DNA of 61,484 bases, counting the filler, from Basidiobolus ranarum (lineage: Eukaryota): NCBI GenBank assembly GCA_040143965.1. It is 14 parts of 14 records of this genome, joined end to end, with 100 filler letters (N's around TTAATTAATTAA, not from the genome) between each part and the next. Parts side by side here need not be neighbours in the genome. Positions count along the whole stretch, not along the records: positions 22,041 to 26,343 come from JASJQH010008898.1; positions 26,444 to 30,743 come from JASJQH010008899.1; positions 30,844 to 35,140 come from JASJQH010008900.1; positions 35,241 to 39,535 come from JASJQH010008901.1; 10 more parts are not named here. One strand, written 5' to 3'. Both the position numbers and the translations under genes were made by a program. Shown one piece after another: positions 22,270-36,149 of the stretch; within the stretch, counting starts at the first letter, position 1; the number at the start of each line of letters is the position of its first letter. A model generated the notes under the pieces. That model ran no database searches. It had not been told where the DNA came from and saw only the letters and a program-made list of their open reading frames with translations.

Positions 22270-24881
22270 TAACAAAACTGTTGTCCTCTTTTTCAACTTC
22301 TACAATCAGTACTGGAATCAATGAGACCAAAATCTAACAGCATGTCCTGAAAGAGGTCTGGACCCAATGGTTTGGCCAAAGTTGCACTTCTACATACCTC
22401 ATTATGGTCATATAACTATAGCAACTCTGTGGTGTCTTGACTTTGAGCATTGTTACCAAGACTTTGAGCCAAAGCATCACCAGTGGACTCAGTGGGCAAA
22501 ACTAAAGGCAGTTTAGTGCATAGTTTGCTATTGATAGTCACTAGCCTATATGCAACTGGTGACTTTGTACAGGAACCGTGCTTGTGATTATTATTCTCTG
22601 AAACTCTGGCTTTCATAGCCCAAGAATTTATGACAATAATAGCATGGCTTCTTTAAATGTTTGTGTTGCAGCATGAGAAGAATATTGTGGAGAAAAGAAC
22701 ACCTACAACATAAGGGTAGTATTTAGGTATATCCCATCAATATCATCAGCTCATTTGGTGATAGTGTTACAGATGAGTCATCGGGGGATTTCCCAGATAT
22801 TTCCGGTAAAGGATGAGTGGTTTATCATAAGCTGTCTTGAAGCAATATGTTTACACCAAGTTAAATATCTGAAAATTTCAATACCATTGAAAAAGAATTC
22901 AAAGTCTTTATCAAAATTGGCTTCCAAGCAAAAGCATGCTTGAACAAAGGAAATGAACTAGCAAGAACGGCAGACTTAAGTGAAGAGCAGTCTGGCAATC
23001 CACTAACTCACTTTTGAAGGCTATAACATGCTGGAAACTAACTCTAGTAATGATGGAGGATTAATCATTCACTAGATGTGTTCCAATCTAGCCATAGTTC
23101 AAGTGAAGAGATTAAAATCCCCCAATTACATAGTAAATCAATTGTTGAGACAAGTTCAACAGATATGTAGCCAAGACCATCAATTTCCAAAATACCTACT
23201 TTGCCAACTATTGAGCATCCCTCTTTAGACAACTTGGATAGAATTACTACAGCTGGGAATCTTAGGCAGAATACTTTAATGATTTGTGTGTGATCATAGG
23301 AACAAACTACAAAGTTGCTATACAGGCCATCACCTGCAATAATGCTGCAATATTGAAATTGATGAGTCATTCTGAAGCAATCGGTTATCAGTTAGAGCAT
23401 CACATGAGAATGAAGCAATTCATTCAGAATGCAGTACTTGAGCTACAGCAACGTGCTGCTCCCTCCATCCATTCTCATTATTCCCACACCATTCATATGA
23501 ATGTCACCATGATAATCTAGCAGAGCAGAATATATGTTGGATCATTGAGCCTACACAACAACCTGAAATTGCTTGGGCACATGAAAGTAGAACTCTCATA
23601 GGAAAACCAGCAGACCAAAAGATGCTGAATATCAGAGCTGCCATCACTTGCTCTGATGATGAGTGGTTTAACATTTTATAAACTTTTGATTCTTGCCCAA
23701 AACCACCTTGCTTTGAGCCAATTGTGGAAAAACCAAAAACCAGACATTACTCAGAAGGTTCTTGACGTATTTCACATGGCTTATCCTGAGTCTTTGCTAG
23801 CAAATGACAATTTGCCTAATATAGGCCTATTCATCAAGCATCTCAAAATGTATGCAATTATGGACTTAGAAAAGCAAGAAAGACAGCTAAAGCAGTACTC
23901 AAGAAGCAGGAAGTTGGTAAACCCAAGTGAAAAGCAAAGTAGCCAGTGAGCTTAGGCTCTACTGTACCACTTACCAAGTCCTTCACACCATAACGGAGAT
24001 CTGTATATTCTAAGTCAGAAAAACCAGCAGATATATTAACAAAAAAGCTTTATTTAACCATGGAAGTAAGTACACCAGATGGAAGGGTGCTAAATTTGGA
24101 AGTTTTGCCAACATCTGGCATCTCTCAACAAGCAGAAACACCAGGAAGTAAAACTCATAGCTCCCTAACCACTAATGGTACTTTTCAAAGAGCCAAAATT
24201 AACCCCAAACTTAAAGGCAAGCAAATAGCCACACAAACTCTGCAAAGCACCCTCAGTAGTGTCACACTACAAGGACATGTAAACAAGTAAAAGTTCTTGA
24301 GAAATATTTTCAAAAGTATGACAGAAAAAACAAAATGCAAGTATACAGCAAGTGGCTGCAGAAAAATACATTTTACTTGATATTCAGTCTGGTGTTGACC
24401 ATGCAAGTATCTGGAAAGAACTTAATACAGAGTGACAAAACATTACAGGGTAACTGCCAGATAGCTGGAAGAATGTTGCTTCACCAATATCAATACAATG
24501 GTGGGCTTTGATGGAGATGTTGGTTCAATCTGGCATTTGATATAAGCTAAACCTTGGGCATGAAGAACTCTATATAAATATTCAGGAGAATATATCAAAG
24601 AAACTAGGGATTTCAAAGGTGACAAATTAGTGTTCAAGTAGTAAATGTGCAAAATTTGAGTCATGTTTTTTGCACATGTGTTGATCTATATTTCTCTGAT
24701 ATTGTAGCCAACCATATGCAACTATTTTGCAAGATCTTGAAATTTCACTCCTGAAACTGAAAAATTGATTAAAATCAGATCTAACTTGACAATTTTATGA
24801 CAGTAAGTAAACAGTCAGTCCCAAATGGATTAAAATTGTGATGGTATTCCTACAATAACAATCCTCAAATTTCTGTTAGGG
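22270..24881 (-). mobile_element. CACTA left arm with the most complete ORF2 and transposase N-terminus
   Basis: Left TIR ends TTCTGTTAGGG at 24881; transposase ATG at 22674 (-). Confidence 0.85.
22880..24630 (+). pseudogene. CACTA accessory ORF2, about 580 codons, decayed
   Basis: Includes LIGKPADQKMLNIRAAITCSDDEWFNIL..LAQNHLALSQLWKNQKPDITQKVLDVFHMAYP and ends ..LGISKVTN*; disrupted by stops and frameshifts. Confidence 0.7.
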
Positions 24882-24967
24882 GATGTGGCCATGCTTACAG
24901 ATATTAAATTCTTGGCAATATCTAGAACATGTAGTACATCCTTAAAAGTATATACTTTCTCTTCAGT

Positions 24968-25282
24968 ACTCTACAAAAATATTCAGGAAAATATATCAAA
25001 GAGACTAGGGATTTGAAGGTGACAAATTAGCATTCAAGTGGTAATTGTGTAAAATTTGAGTTACCTTTTTTGCACATGTGTTGATCCATAGTCCTCTGAG
25101 ATTGTAGCCAATCATGTGCAACTATTTTGCAAGATCTTGAAATTTCACTCCTGAAGCTGAAAAAATTGATTAAAATCAGATCTAACTTGATGATTTTATG
25201 ATGGTAAGTAAACAGTCAATCCCAAATGGATTGAAATTGTGATGGTTTTCCTATGATAACAATCCTCAAATTTCTGTTAGGG
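24968..25282 (-). mobile_element. Second CACTA left end in tandem
   Basis: Repeats about 24566-24881 and ends TTTCTGTTAGGG. Confidence 0.85.
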
Positions 25283-26343
25283 TTTGTAAGCCAAATATGA
25301 ACAATATTGACCTGATTTGGTGATTGCCAATTGTGTGCATACAGTACATGACTTCAGGTTTGCAGATCACTGGCAAAAGCCAAACAACCATTTGGATATG
25401 AAGGTAGTTGAATTACTGAAGGATTATAAGTTATACAATTGACAAATGTTTCTCACTGGTACCAGTTCTGTGGCAAACAAGAGTTGCCAATTAACTGTGG
25501 TAAAAGTGTAAGAAAACCAACAAACACCTGGTTGCTAATGTTGGATTGACCTCTCCACTCCTCAATAATCAAGCTGCTTTCTTTACTGCAAGTGTTATGA
25601 GTGGACTAATGCTTGCCAAGAACAAAAAGTTTGTAACAAAACTGTCTTCATCTTTTTCTACTTCTGATATACTACCTTCAATGCTGGAATAACCAAGGTC
25701 AACATCTAGCAGCATGTCCTTAATATTTTCTGGACTTACTGGTTTGACCACAGTTGCATTTTGACCTACATCATGCTGGTCATATATTGGTTGTAACTCC
25801 ACAGTATATTGACTTTTGGCAATGTTACCAAAACTTTGAGGCAAAGTACAGTCAGTGGACTCAGTGGGCAAAACTAAAGTTGATTTTGTGCACTTATTAC
25901 TGTTGATATTCACCAGGCTTTGTGCAGCTTGGGCTTTGTACAGTGACCATGCTTGCAATTATTTTTTCTATGAAGCTTCTGGCTTTCATAGCACAAGAAT
26001 TTGTGATAATAATAGCAGGGCTTCTTTAAACATTTGTGTTGTGGCATGAGAAGGATATTGTGAAAAAAAGAACATCTACTACATAAGGGTGGTATTTTAG
26101 GTATATCCCATCAATATCATTAGCAGATTCTGAGATTGTTTCAAAGATGAGTCATTGGGGATTTAAAAGATATTTCTGGTAATGGATGGCAATTTTGATT
26201 TATTATAAGCTGTTTCTAAGCAGTTTCATTACACCAAGTTTACCATCTGAAAATTTCAATGTCATTCAAAAGATATTCAAAATCAAAATCAAAATTGGTA
26301 TCCAAGCTAAAGCCTGCTGGCACATAAGGAAAAAATCCAGCAA
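25283..26343 (-). mobile_element. CACTA transposase N-terminus, spacer and ORF2 start
   Basis: Transposase ATG 26047 (-), ORF2 ATG 26259 (+). The 25283-25580 part overlaps the transposase at 1-310 in sequence, which links the two arms of the element. Confidence 0.85.
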
Positions 26344-26443
26344 NNNNNNNNNNNNNNNNNNNNNNNNNNNNNNNNNNNNNNNNNNNNTTAATTAATTAAN
26401 NNNNNNNNNNNNNNNNNNNNNNNNNNNNNNNNNNNNNNNNNNN

Positions 26444-29400
26444 TCTAAGTAAATTCCGATTGAGAATAATTGATAATATCTTAGTGAATTATAAGATAAC
26501 TAAGTACTAAGCTATATATGACTATATATGTGTTTAGGCAATGCTAATTTCAACCAAGTCAGCCCCATACTCTGCTTCAGTAGCTGAAATGCAAGAGTTG
26601 GTTACTTCTTACCTTTCCCAGTTATGGCTCCATTACCATATGAAAAGTGCACCAAGTTATTGATCTTCTATGATCAGAGTGCTTCCCAGTTTGCATCACT
26701 CTAGCCTTAAAAATATTGTACATCAGTAGTGCCAGAATATTACAGATTTGGATCTACAATTCCTCTCAAACAACTGAATGTTTGTTTTACTGCAGGTTTG
26801 TGTTCAAACCTGGATTTTTGAGATATTGTCCTACAGTTTCCACTGCCACAACAATGTCTCGACATGTTACATCCATTGTATACACTAAACCACCCACTGT
26901 TCATTGCTAAGGGAACTCCTGGCATTGATTTGAGTTATTTATGAACATTTTGGATAAAATTTTGATTAATTTCATATTGGGATCTATTAATTTTGCTACA
27001 GGCTTGCAATTCATCAGGCTGAAGCTTTTTAGGATGTGTAGGATGTTTTTAACCTGATTAGCATGATTTTCCAATTGGGTATATCTCTCTATACTTGGAT
27101 TCCAAGGAAAATAAATAATTAATCAATATGAGTCATCTGAAATTGGTTTGATAAGCTGCTTTTTGTCTGTTTAAGTGCTTGTAGATCATTTGGGGCTATG
27201 TTCAAGACATTTTTTTACAGTGCCAAGGTATAGATCTGATTTTGGACTGTTTTGATGTAAATACTTTGATCTGCTGTGAATTTTGTGCTTCCAGCAATTC
27301 CAAGTAGGTATCTATCTTGTTGCACCATGCCTCAGGTGCTTGCTTGAGTCCATAGAGCAACTATTGCAATTTACAGAACATATCAGGATGTCTTAGGTCA
27401 ACAAATCCATCTAGTTGCTCCATATAGATCTCTGCTTCTAGATTTCCATTCAGAAAGGCTGTCTTTACATCCATTTGATGTAGATCAGGGTTATGGATGG
27501 CTGAGAGTGCCAGGATTGTTATTTTGGAGCTAAACTTAGCTGCTGGAGCAAAAGTTTCATTAAAATCAACTCCTGAAGTCTGGGACTAGCCTTTTGCAAC
27601 TAATCTTGCTTTGTCCCTTTTGATGGTTCCATCAGCCTGGTTTTTGACTTTGTAAGCCCACTTGCACCCTATTGGCTTTCTTGCTGATGGAAGAGGACTT
27701 AAAACCCATATCTTATTGTCCTGAAGTTCAGAAAACTCATTGGACATTGCTTTTTTCCATAATTTTGAATCTGGACACAGGTTTTGGACAATCAAAGCCA
27801 TTAGGTTGCCCCATATATATACTTTCTTCTAGACTCCCATTCAGAGAGGCTGTTTTTACATACATGTGCTGCAAATCAAGGTTATGGATGGCTGAGAGTA
27901 CCAGGATTGATCTAATGGAGTTAAACTTAGCTACTAGAGCAAAGGTTTCATCAAAAACAACTCAAGGCATCTGAGAATAACTTTTTGTAACTAATTCTGC
28001 TTTGTACCTTTCTATGGTTCCATCAGCTTGGTTTTTGACTATATAGACCCATTTGTAACTTGTTGGACTTCTTACTGATGGAAGAGGTATTGAAGCCCAT
28101 GTTTTATTGTCCCAAATTGAAGAAAACACTCAGACATTGCTTTTTCCCATAATTTACACTCTGGTCACTGCAGAGCTTGTTCTAGAGTCTGTAGCTCACC
28201 ACAGAGTTCTGAATAGGCATAGACATTATCAATGGAAGTGTTCTACCAGATTCCCAGTTTGTTCCTCCTCCTGAATAATATTTAAGGTCTACAGTGTAGT
28301 TATTGTTGGGATTTTGGTTCAATTGGGCTCAGAAACAGCTGGCACTTTCTCAGACCCTCACTAAACAGTGCTGATTGTGTTTTCTAGCATAAGAATTGCA
28401 ATTTGGTAATAAATCTTCTGATCATGTAACATTAATTTTGCCATATCTACTCTAGTCTAACACATTTTGCAATCTATTTTGCTGTGAAGTATAAGGTACA
28501 GTAGTGTGTTGCTTAATTGCATGTATAGACCAAAAGCTAGCAAAGTCTTTAGAGCAATATTCTCCACCCTTTTCACTTCTTGGAACCCTTTTTTTTGGAC
28601 TGATTCTTTCTCTACCATTGCTTTGTTGTGCCTGAATCTAGTTAAGGCTCTGGATTTAGATTTTGGAAAAATTACCGTAGTATATCTTGTTTGGGCATCA
28701 ATAAAGATCATAAAGTAACTTTTGCCTGCCAGTGAGGTGTTTTTCATGTGCCCAAGTGGGTCAGAATAAATCAGGGCAAAGTTCCAATTGGATTAGATCT
28801 CTGCAGAGCTTGATATGGGCTGTATGAGCTGTTTTTCATTTAAATGGCCTTCACACATCCAATTGGTGTTATTCTCAATATCTAAGCTTGAAACAAGCTG
28901 CTTGTGCAGTATTTGGGTTAGGTTTAGTTCCCCCATGTTGCCTAATTTGCTATGCCACATTTGACAGTTTGTTTCACTGGTTTTGGCCAAGTTTGCATGC
29001 TCAGGTTGCAATTTGTGATTTCTAGCCTGTATAAGTTTGAGTTTAGATCAGGTAGTTAATTTGATATTATTGTGATTGGTAATAGTGCATTCAGCCTTGA
29101 TGAACAAAAAATTTAGTCCATGAGCTGCTGCCTGTCTTACTGAGAGTAGATTCTTGGTTATATTTGGTACATAGATTACCTCCTCCAATTTCTAAAATGG
29201 TGTAGCTGAATTTTGGAATAAATTGAGCACAACTCTGCCCTGACCAACTGCATCTAGTGCATAGTCATATCTCAAGTAGAGGTTTGTTTTTGAATTGGCT
29301 TTAAGCTGGAAAACCATCCTTTCTTGATTGACCTAAATTGGGGAGCTCCTAAATTGATGTGCACATTTCTGAGTCCTTCTTAGTGGTTACTGAGAGGGCA

Positions 29401-30594
29401 GACGCAAATAGATGATCCCTAGCAGTGCTTACTTGATAAGCTTGCTCCAACCATAGCTTAATGGCAAAAATGCTTTTTCTGCAATCTTGGATTTAATGTC
29501 CTGGCTTCTTGCAATACTTGCAGATGATTGATATCCAACTAGGGAACCTTTATTGAAACTTGTTATATGCTTTGCAGCTCCAAAAAATGCCCAATCTGCA
29601 TTATTGTGTGGAGAATGAGATTTCCTTAATTCCTTTTTCAAAAGCCCGATGCCAACTTAATCCATTGTTACTGGCTCTGAAATTGATCAAAGGGGAATTA
29701 TGAGGTTGCCAAAATTGTCTAGCAGCACCCAAGTAGTGTCATGACTGTGGCATCTTCTTTTTGTGGTGCTCCAATAGATGAGAGCAGATTTGCCTCAGTT
29801 TTTGTCTGCTTTAAATGATTAGACATAAAATCATCAGAATTCATTTGAGTTTAAAGTGATTTTGGTCTAAGATATAGCCTATTAGCAAGACCTTTAGTCT
29901 GACATAGCCCCTTAAGTGTTTCCCAAGCAGTTTGGGCATTTTGGGCTGAGTGTATGTTCCTCAATTGAGAGTTCCAAGGTGTAGACAAAGTGCAGAGAGT
30001 GCTTTCCTCTGCCTCTTATGAAAGGAAAGGATAGCTTTTCGTAGGCATTTTGGCATCATTTCTTCTCTTGTAACAAACCCCAAGAGGTCCTTGTCTTCAG
30101 GCACCATTTACATCCTGAACTTCCAAGGGTGAAGGTATTCATCATCAGACTTCTCTGTGGATGCAGAAGTATTGGCAATAATACTGGTAGACATTCCTTT
30201 AGCAGCTAGCTTGGGGCTCATAACCTACTAATATTGTTCAGGGGATATGGCAATGTTCTGGACCAGATTTGAATTTGTGTTAGACACCTACATTTTATTG
30301 ATTTGAATAAGTCCTATTAAAAGTTTACTGTTAAATAGGACTATGGGACATGCTTAGATTATAATAAACATGCCTGCAAAGTGTGGGTCAAAATTTGAGA
30401 TGATTTGGAGAAGTTTGCAAAATAGTCAAAATTGGTAAAAGTGTGTTAAAATTGAGTTAATAGCAACTCATTATTTAGTGGTTAGTTTGTTCATATTCTG
30501 ATTATTTAGTACTCAATTCTGCCACTGAAAAACATGGGTTTATTGCTCAAATTGATCAAAATATCAATTTACTCACTTTTACCAATTTTCACCA
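26444..30594 (-). mobile_element. Near-complete decayed Ty1/copia element (LTR, PBS, gag, pol) with an LTR fragment at 26444-26553
   Basis: PBS reverse complement GGGCTCATAACC at 30214-30225; GKSYFMIFIDAQTRYT and KPIGCKWAYKVK..KARLVAKG motifs. RT N-terminus duplicated at about 27430-27790 and 27830-28170. Confidence 0.9.
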
Positions 30595-30743
30595 TGTCAC
30601 AATAAGGAACTGGACAAGGACTGAGAACAATGACAAGAGGCTAGAAGGCAGGAGAGTACCTGGGTGTAGACCACAAGACAAGACAATACAAGACTGGACA
30701 AGGAAGATACTTTGGCAAGAATCTTTATTGATAACTGGCGTTG
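30595..30743 (-). mobile_element. Chromovirus LTR fragment
   Basis: Begins TGTCACAATAAGGAACTGGACAAGG. Confidence 0.85.
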
Positions 30744-30843
30744 NNNNNNNNNNNNNNNNNNNNNNNNNNNNNNNNNNNNNNNNNNNNTTAATTAATTAAN
30801 NNNNNNNNNNNNNNNNNNNNNNNNNNNNNNNNNNNNNNNNNNN

Positions 30844-31558
30844 ATTTTGCCAAATGATTCAAACTTTGATCCTATCTCAAATGGCTCAATCATATTGAAT
30901 TTTCCACTATATAGCTGAGCAAGTAGTATTGGATTGTTGTGGAATTCTAGGTGCATATTGACTAATGCAAAGCTCTGGCTCCATCTGATCCCTTTTAGCA
31001 ATATAATCTTAGGCTTATGGCTAACAGCAAGATTGTTGTTAGACTGACTATCTGGTGAATTGATAACATTGATCATGTTGAAATCGGACTGGGCTCTTGA
31101 TGGTTAAGTCATGGAGCTTAGTGTTGTATTTGGATAGTGGTAATGCATATGCCTGATGGAGAAAACTCCATTGATTTGACAAAATCCACAATAAGATAGT
31201 GCATTGTGCCCATGAAAACCTCCAAGTTTTCTGATGGCAGGTGTGTTGCCAATACATACAATGATATTAGCTTTAATAAAATATTCACCTATCTGAACCC
31301 CATTAGTTAACCATTCCAATTCCGCAATCAAAGGCTCCAAGAAGCCATCTATAGGTACCGGTGATATAGATCCAGATATGATCAATATTATGCTGATATT
31401 ATGACTTGTATACCATTCGGAAGGTGGAAGATTTAAGTTAATGAAAATTCTTGGCCAGCATGCCTTTCCAACAGTATATTTGTTTGGTGAGAAACCATCC
31501 AGTGGCAATGCAAATGCATGATGATATGTGTTCTGAATGAAACCTTGAATTTCCAATT
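30844..31558 (-). mobile_element. CACTA transposase catalytic region, best-preserved stretch
   Basis: FALPLDGFSPNK..CWPRIFINLNLPPSE..IDGFLEPLIAELEWL..IGNTPAIRKLGGFHGHNALSYCGFC. Confidence 0.9.
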
Positions 31559-34162
31559 CCCTTAACAAAAATAACATTGATTTGATCTGTATTGGATCCA
31601 CCCTCCAAAATAGAAAAACCATCAGAAAACTGTCACAATATTGGTGGCTTGCATTCTGCCAGGGGTTTTGATGGTGTGATGGTGGTTTTGTGATGGTACT
31701 TTGACAGTATTCATACATATTAAAACATTGATACATGAATTTGGCATGTGTTATTGAACATCTGGCAATTTTTGAAAAAATAGAATTTTTGAATAGCAAA
31801 TTACTGGGTTTACTGCTGCAGAAATTTGATTTAATATGCATGCCTTTATTTAGATATTTTAGGCTTTGTATTCCAGCCATAATGAGAATCAAAAAATACA
31901 AGTATCTCATTGTGTTTAGTCTCTGTATATGCACATACTTGCTGATTAGACATAACTTAACAACATCAATATGCTTTACCAGCAAACTAATGGTGGAAAA
32001 ATTGCTAAATATCTGAAATCTTGAATAGCACTGACACTTGGCAAATACCTGACTCTTGTTACCATTCAAAATGAGAATAAGCTCCAGGATTTTGGCAAAT
32101 ATCCATCAAGAATTCAGCCATTATATCCCCAACTTGAAGTCAACAAATGTCCTGCCACAAGTAGATGTCTCATTGCATGAATTGATTGTGCCATGGCTAA
32201 AACAATAATACTGCATATCTTGATCTATCTCACAAAGAAGTCTGTCTTGCAGCTTTCCTAAAAATACTGTTGGATTATCACACAAGCAAATTAGTCCAAT
32301 TATACAGATACTTACTCTGTGCCCATGCATTGGGCTTTGTTGCTGTTATTGTGCTCAAACAATGCAAAAACCCATGAGCACATTGAAACAAGCCCTTTGT
32401 TGGCAGATTAATCTATTCTGGACTCACTCAACAATGACCTTCAGAATGCTGTACTTGATCTACAGCAACATGATGCTCCCCCCATCCATTTGCATATGGG
32501 ATTTTAATCAATCACACACCATACATAAGAATGTCACTGTGACAATCTAGCAGAGCAGAATATGTGTTGGACCATTAAGCCTACACAATGACCTGAAATT
32601 GCTTGGGCACATGAAAGTAGAAATCTCATAGGAAAACTGGCAAACCAAAAGACTCCAAATGTCAGAGCTGCCATCACTTGCTCTGATGATGAGTGGTTTA
32701 ACATTTTGGAAACTGTGTGTAATCTTGCCCAAAATCACCTGGATTTGAGCCAATTGTGGAAAAACCAAAAACCAGGCATTACTCTGAAGGTTCTTGACTT
32801 ATTTCATGTTGCTTATCCTGGGTTTTTGCAAGCAAATGGCAATTGGGCTAGTATAGGCCTATTCACAAAACATCTCAAAAATGTACGCAATTATCAATTT
32901 GGAAAAGAAAGAAAAGCAGCTAAAGAAGTACTCAAGGAGCAGGAAGTTAGCAAACCCAAGGGAAAAGCAAAGGATCCAGTGAGTTTAGGCTTTACTGTCC
33001 CACTTACCAAATTCTTCACACCATTATAAAGATCTGCAATTCCAGAGTCAGATATACTGGCAAAAAAGCTTAATTTCACCATGGAGCCAGGTACACCAGT
33101 TGGAAGAGTGCTAAATTTGGAAGTTTATCCAACACCTGGAATCTCTCAACAGGCCAAAATACCAGCAAATAAAACTCATGGTTCTCCAACCTCAACTGGT
33201 ACTTTTCAAAGTGTTGAAATTAGCCCCAAAGTTAGAGGCAAGCATAAAGCCACACAAACACCGCAAAGCACCCTCAGTAGTTTCATACTACAAGGATGTA
33301 CAAAAGTAGTCAAAGTGCTTGAGGAGTATTTTCAATAATATGAGGGGGAAAATGCAGTGTAAGTATGCAGAAAGTGGCTTCAGAAGAAGAACATTCAACT
33401 TGACATTCAGTCTGGTGTTGACCATGCAGATATCTGAGAAGAACTTAATACAAAGTGGCATAATTTTGCAGGGTATCTGCCATATAGCTGGAAGAATGTT
33501 GATTCAGCAATGTTGATAGAATGGTGGGCTTTGATGGAGATATTGATATAAACTTGTGTTGGGTATGAGCTAAACCTGGGGTATGAAGAACTCTATAAAA
33601 ATTTTCAGGAGAATATATCAAAGAGACTAGGGATTTTGAAGGTGATAATTTAGCATTCAAGTGGTAATTGTGTAAAATTTGAGTTACGTTTTTTGCACAT
33701 GTGTTGATCCATAGTTCTCTGACATTGTAGCCAATCATGTGCAACTATTTGGCAAGATCTTGAAATTTCACTCCTGAAACTGAAAAAATTGATTAACATC
33801 AAATCTAACTTGACAATTTTATGATGGTAAGTCAACAGTCAATCCCAAATGGATTAAAATTGTGATAGTTTTCCTACAATAACAATCCTCAAATTTCTGT
33901 TAGTGAATTAGCAATCAAGTGTTAATGTGTAAAATTTAAGTTATGTTTTTTGCACATGTGTTGATCCATAGTTCTCTGTGATTGTAGCCAATTGTTGGCA
34001 AGTATTCTGCAAGATCTTGAAATTTCACTCTCAAAACTGAAAAAATTGATTAAAATCAAATCTAACTTGATGATCTTATGACAGTAAGTAAATGGTCAAT
34101 CCAAAATGGATTAAAATTGTGACAGTTTTCCTTCAATAACAATCTTTAAATTTCTGTTAGGG
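31559..34162 (-). mobile_element. Internally deleted CACTA copy with both termini and a duplicated left end
   Basis: Right end CCCTTAACAAAAATAA at 31559; junction from transposase 3' region to ORF2 near 32430; left ends at 33903 and 34162. Confidence 0.8.
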
Positions 34163-34998
34163 CATTGGGAACTCCTGGAATGTATAGCAAGGGCCTATAT
34201 TCTCTAAGCTTTGTGAAAGATGCCACAGGGAATGTATGGAATACTGGCATAGATTCAGTCTATCTTCTTTAAACCTGTAATAAAGTTTTACAAAATCTTT
34301 GCACTGTTGCTCTATCTACCTGCAATCTGCCATTGTGAGTTAATGTGATAAGAATATATTAACAATATGCACAAACAACTCCCAATGTTGCCAGTACTTA
34401 TCAGCCAGAAATCTTTTCAAGATTCCACTTGAATATATACATATCAAAGACTTCCGGTCTTTGCATTTGAATAAACACCTAGATGAGTGGATATTGATGG
34501 GAGTCCTGGTAAAATATGATGGTATCTTGACATTTTCAAGTATTTTCCCAATCAATTCAAGCTTTGCACCTATCTCAATTGGCTCATTTGTGTTGATTTT
34601 TCACTATATAGCTGAGCAAGTAGTAGTGGAATGTTGTTTAATAGTAAGTGCATGGTGCCTAATGAGAAGCTCTGGCACCAGCTGATCCCCTTTAGCAATA
34701 TAATCTTAGGCTTACAGCTAATACCAAGTTTGATGTTAGACTGACTATTTGGTGAATTGATATCAGTGATCATGTTGAAATCTGACCAGGCTCTTGATGG
34801 TAAAATCATGGAGTTTAGTTTTGTATTTGGATAGTAGTAATGCATATGCCTGATAGGGTAAACTCCATTGATTTGACAAAATCTACAGCAAGATAGTGCA
34901 TTGTGCCTGCAAAAACCTCTAAGTTTACTGATGGCAGGAGTGTTACCAATACATACAATGGTATTAGCTTTAATAAAATATTCATTTATCTGAACCAT
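34163..34998 (-). mobile_element. CACTA transposase fragment
   Basis: IGNTPAISKL..HNALSCCRFC, MHLL and PSYFTRTP motifs; followed by a copia LTR start at 35007 (+). Confidence 0.85.
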
Positions 34999-35240
34999 GT
35001 TAGATATGTTGAAATTAGCATTGCCTAAACACCTATATAGTCATATATAGCTTAGTACTTAGTTATCTTATTATTCACTAAGATATTACTAATTATTCTC
35101 AATTGGAATTTACTTAGAATATTTTTACCAACTTAGAAGTNNNNNNNNNNNNNNNNNNNNNNNNNNNNNNNNNNNNNNNNNNNNTTAATTAATTAANNNN
35201 NNNNNNNNNNNNNNNNNNNNNNNNNNNNNNNNNNNNNNNN

Positions 35241-36116
35241 GATGTAATGCAATGGGTTAAGGAGACCACAGATTAAATTAATAGACCAACAAAGGGCTTG
35301 TTTCAATGTGCTCACATGTTTTTGCATTGTTTGAGCACAATAACATCAACAAAGCCCAATCCATTGACACAGAGTAAGTACCACTATAATTGGACTAATT
35401 TGCTTGTGTGATAATCTGATGGCATTTTTAGGAAAGCTGCTAGACAGACTTCTTGGCAGGATAGGTGGAGATATGCAGTATTGTTGCTTTACCATGAGGT
35501 GATCTATTCAAGCAATGACACATCTACCTGTGGCAGGACATTTGTTGACTTCAAGTTGGGGATATATTGGCGGAATTCTTTATGGAAATTTGCAAAAATC
35601 AAAGAGCTTATTCTCATTGTGAACAGTAACAAGAGTCAGCTATCTGCCAAGAGTCAGTGCTATTCAAATATTCAGATGTTTAGCAATTTTTCCATTGTTA
35701 GTTTGCTGGTAAAGCATATTGATGTGTTGAGTTATGTCTAATCAGTCAAATATATGCATATGTAGAGACTAAACATAATGAGATTCTTGTATTATTTGAT
35801 TCTCATTAAGGCTGGAATACAAAGCCTAAAATATCTAAATAAAGGCTTGCATATTAATTCAAATTCCTACAGCATTACACCCAGCAATTTGCCATTTGAA
35901 GATTATTTTTTTCAAAAATTGACAGATATTGAATTACACATGCCAAATTTGAGGATCAATATTTTAACATGTGTGGATACTGTCAAGAAACCATTGTTAC
36001 ACCATCAAAATTCCTGGCAGAATGCAAGCCACCAACATTGTGACAGTTCTCTGATGATTTTGTGATTTTTGAGGGTGTATCCAATCCGGATCAAATCAAT
36101 TTTATTTTTGCAAGGG
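35241..36116 (+). mobile_element. CACTA right arm (transposase C-terminus and right TIR)
   Basis: Continues the sequence seen at about 1625-1800; ends TTTATTTTTGCAAGGG. Confidence 0.85.
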
Positions 36117-36149
36117 GATAAGTGGGCGTAATAAGACATACTTGTTACA

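Noticed and set aside
31104..32069. 321-aa ORF, the longest in the track, as a novel fusion protein
   Set aside because: Chance read-through from an inserted CACTA right end (junction 31559) into transposase; only the C-terminal half is a coherent coding frame.
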